From Eledone cirrhosa (taxonomy: Eukaryota), in the NCBI GenBank assembly GCA_964016885.1, contig OZ024742.1, positions 306,962,001-307,026,000 of the forward strand: a DNA stretch of 64,000 bases. Reading direction: 5' to 3'. Positions 39,809-51,227 of this stretch are shown in pieces; the stretch's first letter is position 1, and each line of letters starts with the position of its first letter. The position numbers were made by a program, and so were the translations under genes. The notes below the pieces were generated by a model. It saw nothing but the letters and a program-made list of their open reading frames with translations, made no database searches and was not told where the DNA came from.

Positions 39809-41150
39809 TCAAGTTTTAGTTTTAACAAAATGTTTAATTCCAATATTATGGGTAAATGTCAACACATATACGCGACTAACGTTAATTTCACTAAAGATAA
39901 TTCCACCACCAATACCACCACCACTACCACGATGAAAACTCTGGCCAAGTCAAATTTAAATTTCTACTCCAACTTCAACACCATCACTACAGTAATACGA
40001 CCACATCACCACCACCGCTGCCTCACTATCGCTACCGCCGCTATTCTCTCCCACTACCTCCTGCTAGTTGCTGCTAGCACAGCACCGCCACCGCCGCCGC
40101 TGCCTCAATATCACTACCGCCGCTATTCTCTCCCGCTGCCCCCTGCTACATTGTAGAATTCCCACTAAAATAGGAAAACATCAAAATATATAAATAGACT
40201 GAATTGATGACCTGGTCAAAATCAAAAAAAAAAAAAAAAAAATCAAAATCAAGTTTTAGTTTTAACAAAATGTTTAATTCCAATATTATGGGTAAATGTC
40301 AACACATACGCGACTAACGATAATTTCACTAAAGATAATTCCACCACCAATACCACCACCACTACCACGATGAAAACTCTGGCCAAGTCAAATTCAAATT
40401 TCTACTCCAACTTCAACACCATCACTACAGTAATACGACCACATCACCACCACCGCTGCCTCACTATCGCTACCGCCGCTATTCTCTCCCACTACCTCCT
40501 GCTAGTTGCTGCTAGCACAGCACCGCCACCGCCGCCGCTGCCTCAATATCACTACCGCCGCTATTCTCTCCCGCTGCCCCCTGCTACATTGTAGAATTCT
40601 CACTAAAATAGGAAAACATCAAAATATATAAATAGACTGAATTGAAGACCCGGTCAAAATAAAAAAAAACAATAATCAAAATCAAGTTTTAGTTTTAACA
40701 AAATGTTTAATTTCAATATTATGGGTAAATGTCAACACATACGCGACTAACGATAATTTCACTAAAGATAATTTCACCACCAATACCACCACCAATATCA
40801 CCACCACTACCACGATGAAAACTCTGGTCAAGTCGACTCAAATTTCTACTCCAACTTCAACACCATCACTACAGTAATACGACCACATCACCACCACCGC
40901 TGCCTCACTATCGCTACCGCCGCTATTCTCTCCCACTACCTCCTGCTAGTTGCTGCTAGCACAGCACCGCCACCACCACCGCCGCCGCTGCCTCAATATC
41001 ACTACCGCCGCTATTCTCTCCCGCTGCCCCCTGCTACATTGTAGAATTCCCACTAAAAGAGGAAAACATCAAAATATATAAATAGACTGAATTGAAGACC
41101 CGGTCAAAATAAAAAAAAATAAAAAAAAAAATAAAAAAAATAAAAATCAA
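39809..41150 (+). repeat. Three near-identical ~435-bp tandem units, each ending in an A-rich tract
   Basis: tcaagttttagttttaacaaaatg at 39809, 40249 and 40682. Confidence 0.93.
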
Positions 41151-41324
41151 AGCAGCACAGCAACAACGAAAAACGTAAAGGAAATAAAAATGAAGAGAAA
41201 AACAAACGGACGGACAGAGAAGGGAAGGGAAAAACTAAGTCAGACATTCAAACACTACATTACAATGAAACTTATGCTTATTCATTTTGGGGGTTTTTTC
41301 TGCCTGTTTGTTTGTTTGTTTGGG

Positions 41325-44300
41325 TTCGTCTACAGCGTGATAATGCCACACAAAAGTCACGTGGAGTGACGAAACCACCGGAGACAAGTAATTCACCGGT
41401 GGTTATGTAACCATACATTCGCCAATCCTCGATAAGAGTGTTTAAATGTCGAACCTAAACAGTTCGAATAACGGTGAAATGGAGACTAGAATGTCATGTG
41501 ACAGACTCTCACCCAACAGGTGCTCCCTGGCTCAGCAGCAGGGACCTGGCTGTCAACCAAATACTGCTGGTGTCGGAGGAAGAAGAAGAAGGAAAGGGAC
41601 CAGAACCAACTGGACGAAAGAATTGAATAGAACTGTTATGCAATGTTACCTGAAGAGTAACCCCAAGGAGAAAGGCTATAGGAAAAGGATGCATAAAATC
41701 TGGAACGAGATTGGTCCATTTAAATTAGATGAACAAAAACTGGCCGGGCAGGCTCGGGTAATAAGAACTAATGGGTGGATAAGTGAGCTGGAACTGGAGG
41801 AACTGGGCAGAGAGATTAGCTTGGAGATGGAGGGTGGAGTATGCCAGGCAAACGAGCCAGTGGGAAATGAAGGTGAAGAGGTCGAGAGAACGGAGGAACA
41901 ACCCGAAACAGACGATGATCTGAATGCTGAGATAAATAATACCTGGAACAGAGATACGGCCAGTGAGGAGATGAATGCTGACGGGCTAGGACAAGATTTG
42001 GTAGATATCCTAAACTTAGTGGTAGATGAATTGAACAATGATAGTGGGAGACCTATGAACCTAAGATTTGTAGACAGGAAAAAGTTAAAAGAAATAACAG
42101 CTAAGGTAAACAAAGTCATCCCATACCTTGAGGCGAGGAGCCTTCACCAGTGCAACAATATCCTCAAAGCAACAGCAAATACGGTGAGGAAACTACTTGG
42201 TATAAAAGCGAGAGGAAACAACAGACAAGAAAGAGCAGAGCCTTGGTGGAAGAAACGACTGAGTGGTCAAATCAGGGAAATGAGAAATGACATTGGAAAG
42301 CTTGAGTCCTTACTGAATGGGACACTAAAAAACATAGACACTAAAAATAGACTGGAAATAAAGTACAAAACTAGGAGGAAAAAGCTAAATATTATCATAG
42401 AGGAACTGAAGCAACGCATTGTAGCAAAGAGTGCAAACATCAGGCGATACGAGAACAGAGTCAGCCAGTATAGACAGAACCGCATGTTCGACAACAACCA
42501 GAAGATGCTGTTTGGACAGCTTGAAGGGAAAGAAAGAGGCAACGACTTGATCCCTGAGGCGGAACAAACTAAAACATTCTGGAGCGGAATATGGAAGCAG
42601 GATGTTAAACATAATGACCAGGCAGTGTGGATTGAGACAGTACAGAAGGAGATCAGTGAACAGGCACACCAACAAACTAATTTGAGTATCACAGTTGAAA
42701 CTCTTAAGGGGCAGGCCAAAAACTAACCAACTGGAAATCACCAGGCCCAGATGGTGTGCAGGGGTATTGGATTAAAAATATAACATCCCTCCACCCGAAA
42801 CTGACAACTATGTTCAATGACTGCTTGATGTCAGGTGAGGTACCAGAGTGGTTGACAAAGGGTACCACAGTTCTGATAATGAAAGACCGAATCAAGGGTA
42901 ATGATGTTACCAACTATAGACCTATCACATGTCTGTCCGTAATGTGGAAACTGTTGACAAGCATTATGTCTGAGGAAATCTACCATCACCTCCACACAAA
43001 CAACTTGCTACCGGACGAACAGAAAGGATGCCGAAAGAAGTCACGTGGTACAAAGGACCAGTTACTTATTGATAAGATGGTAATGAGGAATTGCAAGAGG
43101 AGACACACTGGTCTTGCCATGGGATGGATAGACTACAAAAAGGCATTTTACATGGTGCCTCATTCTTGGATCACCAAAAGCCTGGAGATCTTCAAGGTGG
43201 CAGATAACATCAGGCAGTTGTTGGGCAAAAGTATGAAGTCCTGGGAAACAGAGTTAACATCAACTGGAGAATCCTTGGGAAGCGTGAAGATCAAGAGAGG
43301 TATCTTCCAGGGAGATACTCTGTCCCCTCTGTTGTTTGTCCTTGCCCTGATGCCCCTGACCAGTGTACTGCGAAAAGTGAGAGCAGGATACAGGTTGGGA
43401 AAGGGAGGGCTTACCATCAATCACCTCCTCTTCATGGACGATCTTAAGTTCTTCGGGAAGAGTGAGAAGGAGTTGGATGTGCTTGTTGACACTGTCCGTA
43501 TTTTCAGCAATGATATATGTATGCAATTTGGTATAAGTGTGGAGTCATTGTGATGAGGAGGGGTAAGTTGAGCAAAAGTAACGGAATCCAAATACCAACA
43601 GGTGATATGATAAAAGAAATTGACTCTGAGGAAGGATACAAGTATTTGGGCGTTCTGGAGGCTGATGACATCAAGAACAAAAAAATGAAGGAATTGATAA
43701 GAACTGAATACCTTCGCAGAGTAAGGAGCGTATTAAAGTCACATCTGAACAGTAGGAATGCCATAAGTGCAGTAAATTCCCGAGCTGTGTCTATTATTAG
43801 GTACAGTGCGGGAATTCTGAGATGGAATGTTGCTGAACAAAAAGAAATGGATAGGAAGACTAGGAAGCTATTGACTATCTACAATATGTTCCACAAGAGG
43901 AGTGATGTCGATAAACTCTACTTAAGGAGATCTGAGGGTGGAAGAGGTCTTATCAGCATAGAGGACTGTGTTCAGATGGAGAAAAACAACCTACACAAAT
44001 ACGTGACTGATACTAAGGAGCCAATGCTCAGAACTGTACTGAAGGAGGGGACAATAGGCCAGGGGATGTCCAAGGAGGAAATAACATCAAGGAGAAAGAG
44101 CAGCCTTCAGGAAAAATCCCTTCATAGTACCTTCTTTGAGAAAACTGAATTTAGAGATCCACTGACATGGAACTGGTTGAAAAGAGGAGACCTTAAAAAG
44201 GCTACAGAAGGAATGTTAATGGCTGCGCAGGAGCAGGCCCTCAAAACGAAGTGGTTGAAACACCACATTTACAAGGAGGAGGCTAGCCCACTGTGCAGGA

Positions 44301-44943
44301 TATGTGGAGAGAGAGAGGAGACTGTGGATCACATTGTATCCGAGTGTAAACACCTAGCCCAGACTCACTATAAGGGCTGGAGACATGATGTGATGGGCAG
44401 GGTGATCCACTGGCACCTATGCAAAGGAAACAATTTACCACATTCTGAGAAGTGGTATGAGCATAAGCCAGAGGCGGTGATAGAAAACGATCAGGTGAAG
44501 GTGCTGTGGGATTTTAGGATACAGACGGACAAGAAACTGGAACACAATAGACCTGACCTGGTGGTTTTGGACAAAGAAAAAAGATCGTGCCTGATTGTGG
44601 ATGTGGCCTGCCCATTCGACACGAGAGTGCAAGAGAAGGAGAGGGAGAAAATTAACCGATACCAGGACTTAAAGTGGGAGGTAAAAAGGATTTGGAACTG
44701 CCATGAAGTCAAAGGGATCCCGATTGTCATAGGCGCACTAGGGACTATCTCAAAAAGTTTCCAGGGATGGTTAAAGAAAATTGGCCCCTTCACGCATTTT
44801 GGAACGCTTCAAAAGGCATGCTTGCTGGGAACAGCAAGAACCCGCCGATACATCCTGAATATCTGAGGCTGCAGGTAGTGGCTTGATATTCATCTCAACA
44901 AACTTTCCAGTTAACTAACATCAATGACTGAGACTCAAAGAGT
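41325..44943 (+). mobile_element. R4/Dong-like element F, coding-complete (5' boundary uncertain), with (AAT)n tail at 44944-45000
   Basis: Single-ORF architecture: N-terminal domain, RT, CCHC, RLE. Confidence 0.92.
41446..44866 (+). pseudogene. R4/Dong RT-RLE polyprotein with two frameshifts (~42720, ~43535)
   Basis: WTKELNRTVMQCY..GYRKRM..EQKLAGQ; NYRPITCL..FQGDTLSPLLF..HLLFMDDLK; CRICGEREETVDHIVSEC; HNRPDLVV..VDVACP. Confidence 0.92.
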
Positions 44944-44949
44944 AATAAC

Positions 44950-45001
<52 letters not shown>

Positions 45002-45244
45002 TTTTCTTTATTAACCACAAGGGTTTACATAAAGTAGACATTAAGGACAGTACAGGACAATACAGGACGGTACAAATGGGCATTTCTGCGTGTAAAAAAA
45101 ACAGAGGATGAAATAAAATAACAAAGAAAAATTCCCCAATAGGGGGGAGACTTCCGAGGGACATTTGTGGAGAAAGCCCATTAAAAGACCACAGTGGCCC
45201 TGACCACCAGGGCAAGTGCCCTCTCCCAGTTTTCCACCTTTAAT

Positions 45245-48200
45245 TTACAGACACATACTCAGAGAAGGCCCATTCATTCGGGCCATACTTGCTTCTCTCA
45301 CCCATCTTTCAACAAAATGCTGGGAAGAGAGCACTTCCCTCTCTACCCTGATTTTCCTTTTCAGATGAAATTTGAAAAAGTTAATCAGGGCATCACCGAA
45401 GAGGTAAGTGCTCGTCTTCAGCCCTTTCAAACGTGTCCACCATACTATCTCTTTCGCCATGGCCACCAGACAGATAAAAACTGCGTGCCCTTCCCGGCTA
45501 AAGGAAGAGGGCGGGGCAATCCTCACGATGGACTCAGCTGATAGCTGGATCCGTCCTACACGTGACAGCAGGTGTTCGACATAAACCAACAAGTCAGCAA
45601 TGCTCGGACACTGGACGAGTGCGTGCAGGACGGTTTCGTCGCCCTGTGCGCATCTCGGACATGCCCGGCTGACGGCACCTCCATGCCTGTAAAGTTTATC
45701 CCGAACTGGCAAAGCACCCCGGTAGCACTGCCAGGCCAGGGATTTCTGGAAGTTGTCCATAGGCCCCGGCCCGAAAGTCCTTCCGAAGAGATTGGCTAGT
45801 TGATTTTCGTCGACGCCTAGAGTTTCTCCAAGTACGTCGTCGCTCTTCCCCTCCACTAATCCCCTATAGAACGCCAAGGTGGAGTTTCCACCGATCACAT
45901 TGCCCGATTGGTCGAGGGCTGTGAGCGCCTGAAGACATTCCAGTCTCCAAGGGCTCCCTCTCGGTCTTCGCTTGACCCAGGACTGCAGCTCCGTCAAGGA
46001 AACGAGCTGGGGAAAAACGCGTCTAGCAAACGGCGACCACACCTGATCACCGTCGAGGAAGAGGTGGAGATGTCGTAGCCTGAGCGCGTGTCTGCGCATC
46101 ATCAGCCACGGCATGCCCAGCCCACCATGTAGCGGGTGTTGACAGCAGATGGACCGCCTGACCATCGGAGCGCGTCCCTTCCACAAGAAGCGAAAGAGAA
46201 AACGCTCCAGCGCAGTCAGGCGGGGCTTAGGACAAGGTACGACGGTCAGGCGGTAGTAGATGACGGACGCGATGTACGCGTTAGCCACCTCCGCTCGACC
46301 TTTCAGGGATAGCTTCCTCTCGGCCCATTTCTGGGTGAGAGAAGCCACCCTGCTCGTCACCTCGTCCCAGTTTTTGTCCGTCTGGAGGTCTGGACCGAAC
46401 CAGACCCCTAGCAATTTAACCGGTCCGTCCGTCCAGCGCCTGACGACGCTGTTGGACGGCATGGACCTGCCTCTCCAGGTGCCGAGCTGCAGGCCCACTG
46501 ACTTTTCCTGGTTGATCATTGCTCCTGTCACCGCTTCGTATTCTCTTAGTGTAGTGCCGATCGCCTCGATGTGTTTGGCGTTCGACACCACTACGGTGAC
46601 ATCGTCGGCATATGCTGACACGGATCCTCCGTATCCTAGTTCGCGCGGGACCCCCCTCAACGTCTCCAGTTTGTGCAGTAATGGCTCGAGAGTCAATACG
46701 TACAATAGGGACGAGAGGGACATCCTTGGCGGACCGAGCGCATGATGTGGAACGGTTCCGAAAGGTGACCGTTCACTCTCACTACAGAGCAGATGTCGCT
46801 GTGCATGGCAGCGATCCAGCCTCTGAAGACGGGCCCAAAGCCAGCCGCCCTCAGGACTGCCGCTAGGTAACGATGGTCGACCCTATCGAAGGCTTTCGAT
46901 TGATCTAAGTTGATCAAAGACCCACCCGTGCCAGGTTCCCTAGCTACCCTCTCTACGATGTATTGCATGAGGTGGAGGTTGTCGTGAATGGATCTGTCGG
47001 GAATGGCGCATGTCTGTGCCTCTCCCACCAGACCATCAACGACAAGCGCCAACCTCTTTGCTAGCACCTTGGCCAAAATCTTGAACTCTGTGTTTAGCAG
47101 AGTTATGGGCCTAAAATTATCTATGTTATCCCCCTTGTTCGGATCCTTTCTCAGCAGCGCCACTGCTCCTCGGCTCACAGAGCTGGGAATTCTCCCGTTC
47201 TGTTGCCAGTTGCAGTAGACGTCCGCCAAGAGGCCTCCGAACAAGTTTGGCATTTGTACGTAAAGTTCATAGGGCAGACCATCCAAACCAGGCGATTTAC
47301 CCCTTGTGCAACTAGTCATTGCATCCCGTACTTCAGCGGTTGTTATCGGCTTTTCGCAACACTCCGCCTCAGTGGCCGAAAGCCGCGGCAGTCCGTCGAG
47401 GTAGACACTAAAGTCCATCTCTCGATCCGGCCCGCCACTGCCCCCGAACAGTTGAGCGAAGTGTCGCTGAAAAGCTTCACACATTTGCCCGGGATCGAGT
47501 AGCATGCGCCCGTCGTGGTCCACCAAAGACCGGATCGTGGCTTTGTTGCCACGACGCGCCTCCGCCACTCGGGCCCATTGAACGGCTTTCGTCCCCTCGT
47601 GTCTGAGAGCACGCACCCTAGCTCTGACAACGCAGCCTTCGTGCTTTGCATTGAAGAATTGGTCAAGGGCCAATTTCGCCGCAAGTACGTCGGTCGCGAT
47701 GCCTTTGCTAAGCGCCTCATCTAATTTTCTAACTAATTCTCCCTCTGCTCTATTTTTCTCTATTGCTAAAGTCTTACTAAACCTAATGGACTGTATTCTA
47801 ATTGCTCTTTTCAGAGCAAACCACCACTTGTTGTTGACGATGGCCCCCGTCAACGCCCGCTTAACTAGTTCGCTAATCCGGTCTCTGTAGGCCTTGCGCG
47901 CTGGTAAGGACGCGTTTAGCTTCCAGTAGCCGGGTCCTCGTCTATAAAGCCTATCTAAGTCAAGCACACAGATCACGAATTTGTGGTCCGTGTAACTGAC
48001 TATCTTGAATTGTGGACAGCCTATGCTAGACCTATCTATTTCCCTACAAAATACTCTATCTATATATGATCTGGATGACCCTATGCGATTTGTCCAAGTC
48101 CACATTGGTACATTCGGAAAATCCATTCGGTACCTGTCAGACAGTTCAAAACGTCTGAGCAGGTTGGTGAGACTCTTGCACCCTCCTTCCCTATCCACTA

Positions 48201-48663
48201 ATCCCACACAATCCCAGCCTGCATCTAAGATCCCGTTCCAGTCGCCCACTGACACTAAAGAGCGGGACGTTCCAAGAAAGGTCTCCAGACGCCGGAAGAA
48301 ATCAGGCCGCCCTGCTCCTGTCGGAGCATAGACGGCCACTAACCTGAAAGCTTGCCCGTCTCCGCTGGTCACGTCCAGCACCACCAACTTACTTTCTGGG
48401 TCCAGGAAGACGGACCGTATGGCAAGATCCAAACCTCTCCGAAAAAGCACAGCAACTCCTCCCCCCGATCCCGGACGGCTGGGAGATGCGTACACATCGT
48501 AGCCGCCGAAGATCGGTGCGAAAGCCTGTGCTTCGGAGATTCTGGTCTCGCTGATGGCCACTACATCTATGTTTAGTGACCTGAGGTCGTTGAGCAGGTG
48601 GCCCTGCTTCCATGACGACCCCAAGCCACGCGCATTTATGCTGCCTATTCTGAGTGAGGTCAT
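45245..48663 (-). pseudogene. Tx1 ORF2 APE-RT with a single 1-nt frameshift in a G run at ~46718
   Basis: Complete APE (GDWN, YIDRVF, TDHK), PGYWKLN, RT motifs, CPRC..H..C. Confidence 0.93.
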
Positions 48664-48697
48664 GTTGAAAAGGAGTGGAAAAGATGGGAAAGACCAC

Positions 48698-50664
48698 TTA
48701 CTTTACTTCTCGTAGGGGAAGGACGGTTTTTCCATCCTTTTCACTGCTTGTGGCCTCCTCAGGAAGGATGTCCTTATAAATCTTCTTGGAGAGTGCTTGT
48801 CGGAAGTCTCCGATGTCTTTGGGGAATTTTTGTTTTAGTGTCATGTGCGTTTTCTGTGTGATGCGAGTGATTTGTATGTGTGGTGGTGGTGTGAATTTTG
48901 GGGTTGTTGTGTAGTTTTTTTTCTGTGATGCTGGTGTTGTGTTGGATGTAGTGTAATAATTGCTTGTTGTTCAAATTTAATGCTGTGTAGTGTGTATCGT
49001 TTTGGTTGTTTTGTTTTGTTTGCGTTTGTTGTGGGTTTGTTTCTGTTTCGCATTTTGGTGACTTTTGTGGTGTAGGTGATGGTGGTGTTGGGGTTAATGA
49101 TGGTGATGGTGTTGGTGTTTGGGTTGATGGGGTTGGTGATGCTGGTGTGGATGGTGGCATATCTGTCCTAACTTTTTTGTTTCTTAATTTATTTGTTTCC
49201 CTCTGTATTTTGTTTTTGGAGGGGGAAGGAAGAGAATTTTTTCTTTTTTGGTTTCTTTTTTTTTTCCGGATATCGTTTCCCACTCCTCGTCGTCACAATC
49301 TGACTCCAGTTGTGATAGGCCGGGGAGTGGAAAATCTTCCACAGCCGTTAGTTTTGGTTGTGGCGTGGTGGATGGTGTAGGCGCTGGTGCTAGTTCTGAA
49401 GCGTTGGGTGGTGGTGGTGTTGGTTTTGCTACTGTTGCTGGGGTTGTTGCTGTTATAGTTGCTTCTATTGTTGCTGCTACAGTTGTTGCTGCCATCTCTG
49501 CTACTGGTGGTGTTGATGGTTGTGTCACTGGGGTGGGTAGGAGAGGTGGCCTCAACCTTTTAGCCTGAGGGCAGAAAGCCCTTAGGTGGGTTCCTTCACC
49601 ACAAACGACACACCTAGGTCTTCTGCCCTCGACAATTACCGTGAGGTGGCTGCCGTCAGTGAGGTCTATTACCTCTGGGATCTCCTCAATGCTTTTTTGG
49701 TCCGCTTGGATCAGGAGCTCCATCCCAGATCCGGACCAGTTCTCCTGCTTTTCTTTTGCTATTGCTATTATTTTCGTGTTGGCTTCGATGCCGGCGAGGA
49801 CGGCCGCTATTAGCCAGGGAATTTCGATGGCCGGTGGAACGTGGGTCACCCTGATCTTTACGAGTCTCTGGCCACAATAGCTTGGGACGAGTGTGAAGTC
49901 GTCACTTCTTAATGGGGCCATGGAGTGTTCTCTAGCCTCCTCTGGTGTTTCAAAGAACACGTCCACGGTTCCATACTTTTGCCCACATCTGATGTGGGTT
50001 TTCCTTGCCCACACATGTCCCAAAGCTTTTTGGATTTGGGACTCGGATGCCCGTTCCACTCGGCGCGATTTTACATTTATTGTTCTATACGACACGGTGC
50101 ATAGGCGCCGATGCTCCATTTTATTAGGTGGGGGGTGAGGCTGACTCTGTACCCATCTTTCTTTACCATTTGTTTGGCATTTTCTAAATCCTCCTGAGTT
50201 ACCGTAAATGCTTCGAACTGTTTTGCTACTCTGGCGAAACTGAGGGTCGGTTTTATAATGTCATTGTTGTTGTTGTTGCTATCGTTATTTGTGTTAATAT
50301 TAATTTTAGTTTCAGTTGTGGTGGTGGTGACGTCAGTCGTCTTTGGTGGGGAAGAGTCCATTTTGCTTGATTTCATTTCGACATCACGAGTTAATTTATT
50401 TTTTTCTTCTTTTGTTTCTGTTGTCGCGGTGGTGGTGTGGGTGGTGGTTGTCGCGGTGGTGGTGGTGGTGGAGGCTTTAACACCTGCAGTCATTGGTAAT
50501 GGCGGGAAATGAATGTCTGCCTGAGACAAATTTAAAATATTGCTACTGCTTATATTTTTTTTTGTGTTGGCAAACGTAGTAACATTTACAATGGTGGTGT
50601 CGGTGTGAGGTGTTAATTTGTGAGGAAGGCTTTCAGCTGCTTGTTGCAGAGGTGAATTAGCCAT
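48698..50664 (-). pseudogene. Tx1 ORF1 type D, frameshifted
   Basis: MANSPLQQ.., core with CVVCGEGTHLRAFC, P/T-rich tail. Confidence 0.85.
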
Positions 50665-50889
50665 TTTTTTCAAAGAAATTTTTTGATAATAATAAAAGTT
50701 TAAATTTTGGGCACAAGGCCCCAATCTTTTTGGGTGTCCTTTTCGGAAAACAATGTATGTGCGCTTATAAACAGTTAACAATAAAATTTTCCATAAATGA
50801 CAATTTTTAACAAACGGAAATAACAAACCTTTGCGGAGCTCACGATGATACGATTTACTACGTAGGTCGCCAATAATAATAATAATAAT

Positions 50890-50929
50890 GATTTCATTTA
50901 TTAGCCACAAGGGCCGACATGTAGAGGAC
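50890..50929 (-). mobile_element. 40-bp abortive Tx1 (family E) 3' end between (AAT)n tracts
   Basis: gatttcatttattagccacaagggccgacatgtag is repeated at 50951. Confidence 0.8.
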
Positions 50930-51227
50930 AATAATAATAATAATAATAATGATTTCATTTATTAGCCACAAGGGCCGACATGTAGGGGATAATACAAAGA
51001 CAGGGACAGTGGGGGTTTACAATAAGGTCGAGTAAAAGTGCACAATGGCAAGACTAATTTAACAATGAAAATATAAAAATATAAAATAAACTATGCAAAA
51101 CATAACAAAATAAATTCCCCGATAGGGGGTGGACGACCCTGGGGTGATTCGGGTACCCCACCAATCCTGAACCACCCTGCGCTTCTAGGGCACCCAGGAG
51201 AGCACCCCTCTCCTCAAGTTAGCCAGC

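Larger units (their letters stand above)
45001..50871 (-). mobile_element. Tx1 element D, full length (~5.9 kb)
   Basis: (AAT)n at 44944-45000 and 50872-50889; 5'UTR, ORF1, ORF2, 3'UTR. Confidence 0.95.

Noticed and set aside
39830-40594. Repeated H/P/T-rich ORFs in the 435-bp units
   Set aside because: Low-complexity CAC/CCG content, and the frame is not preserved between units
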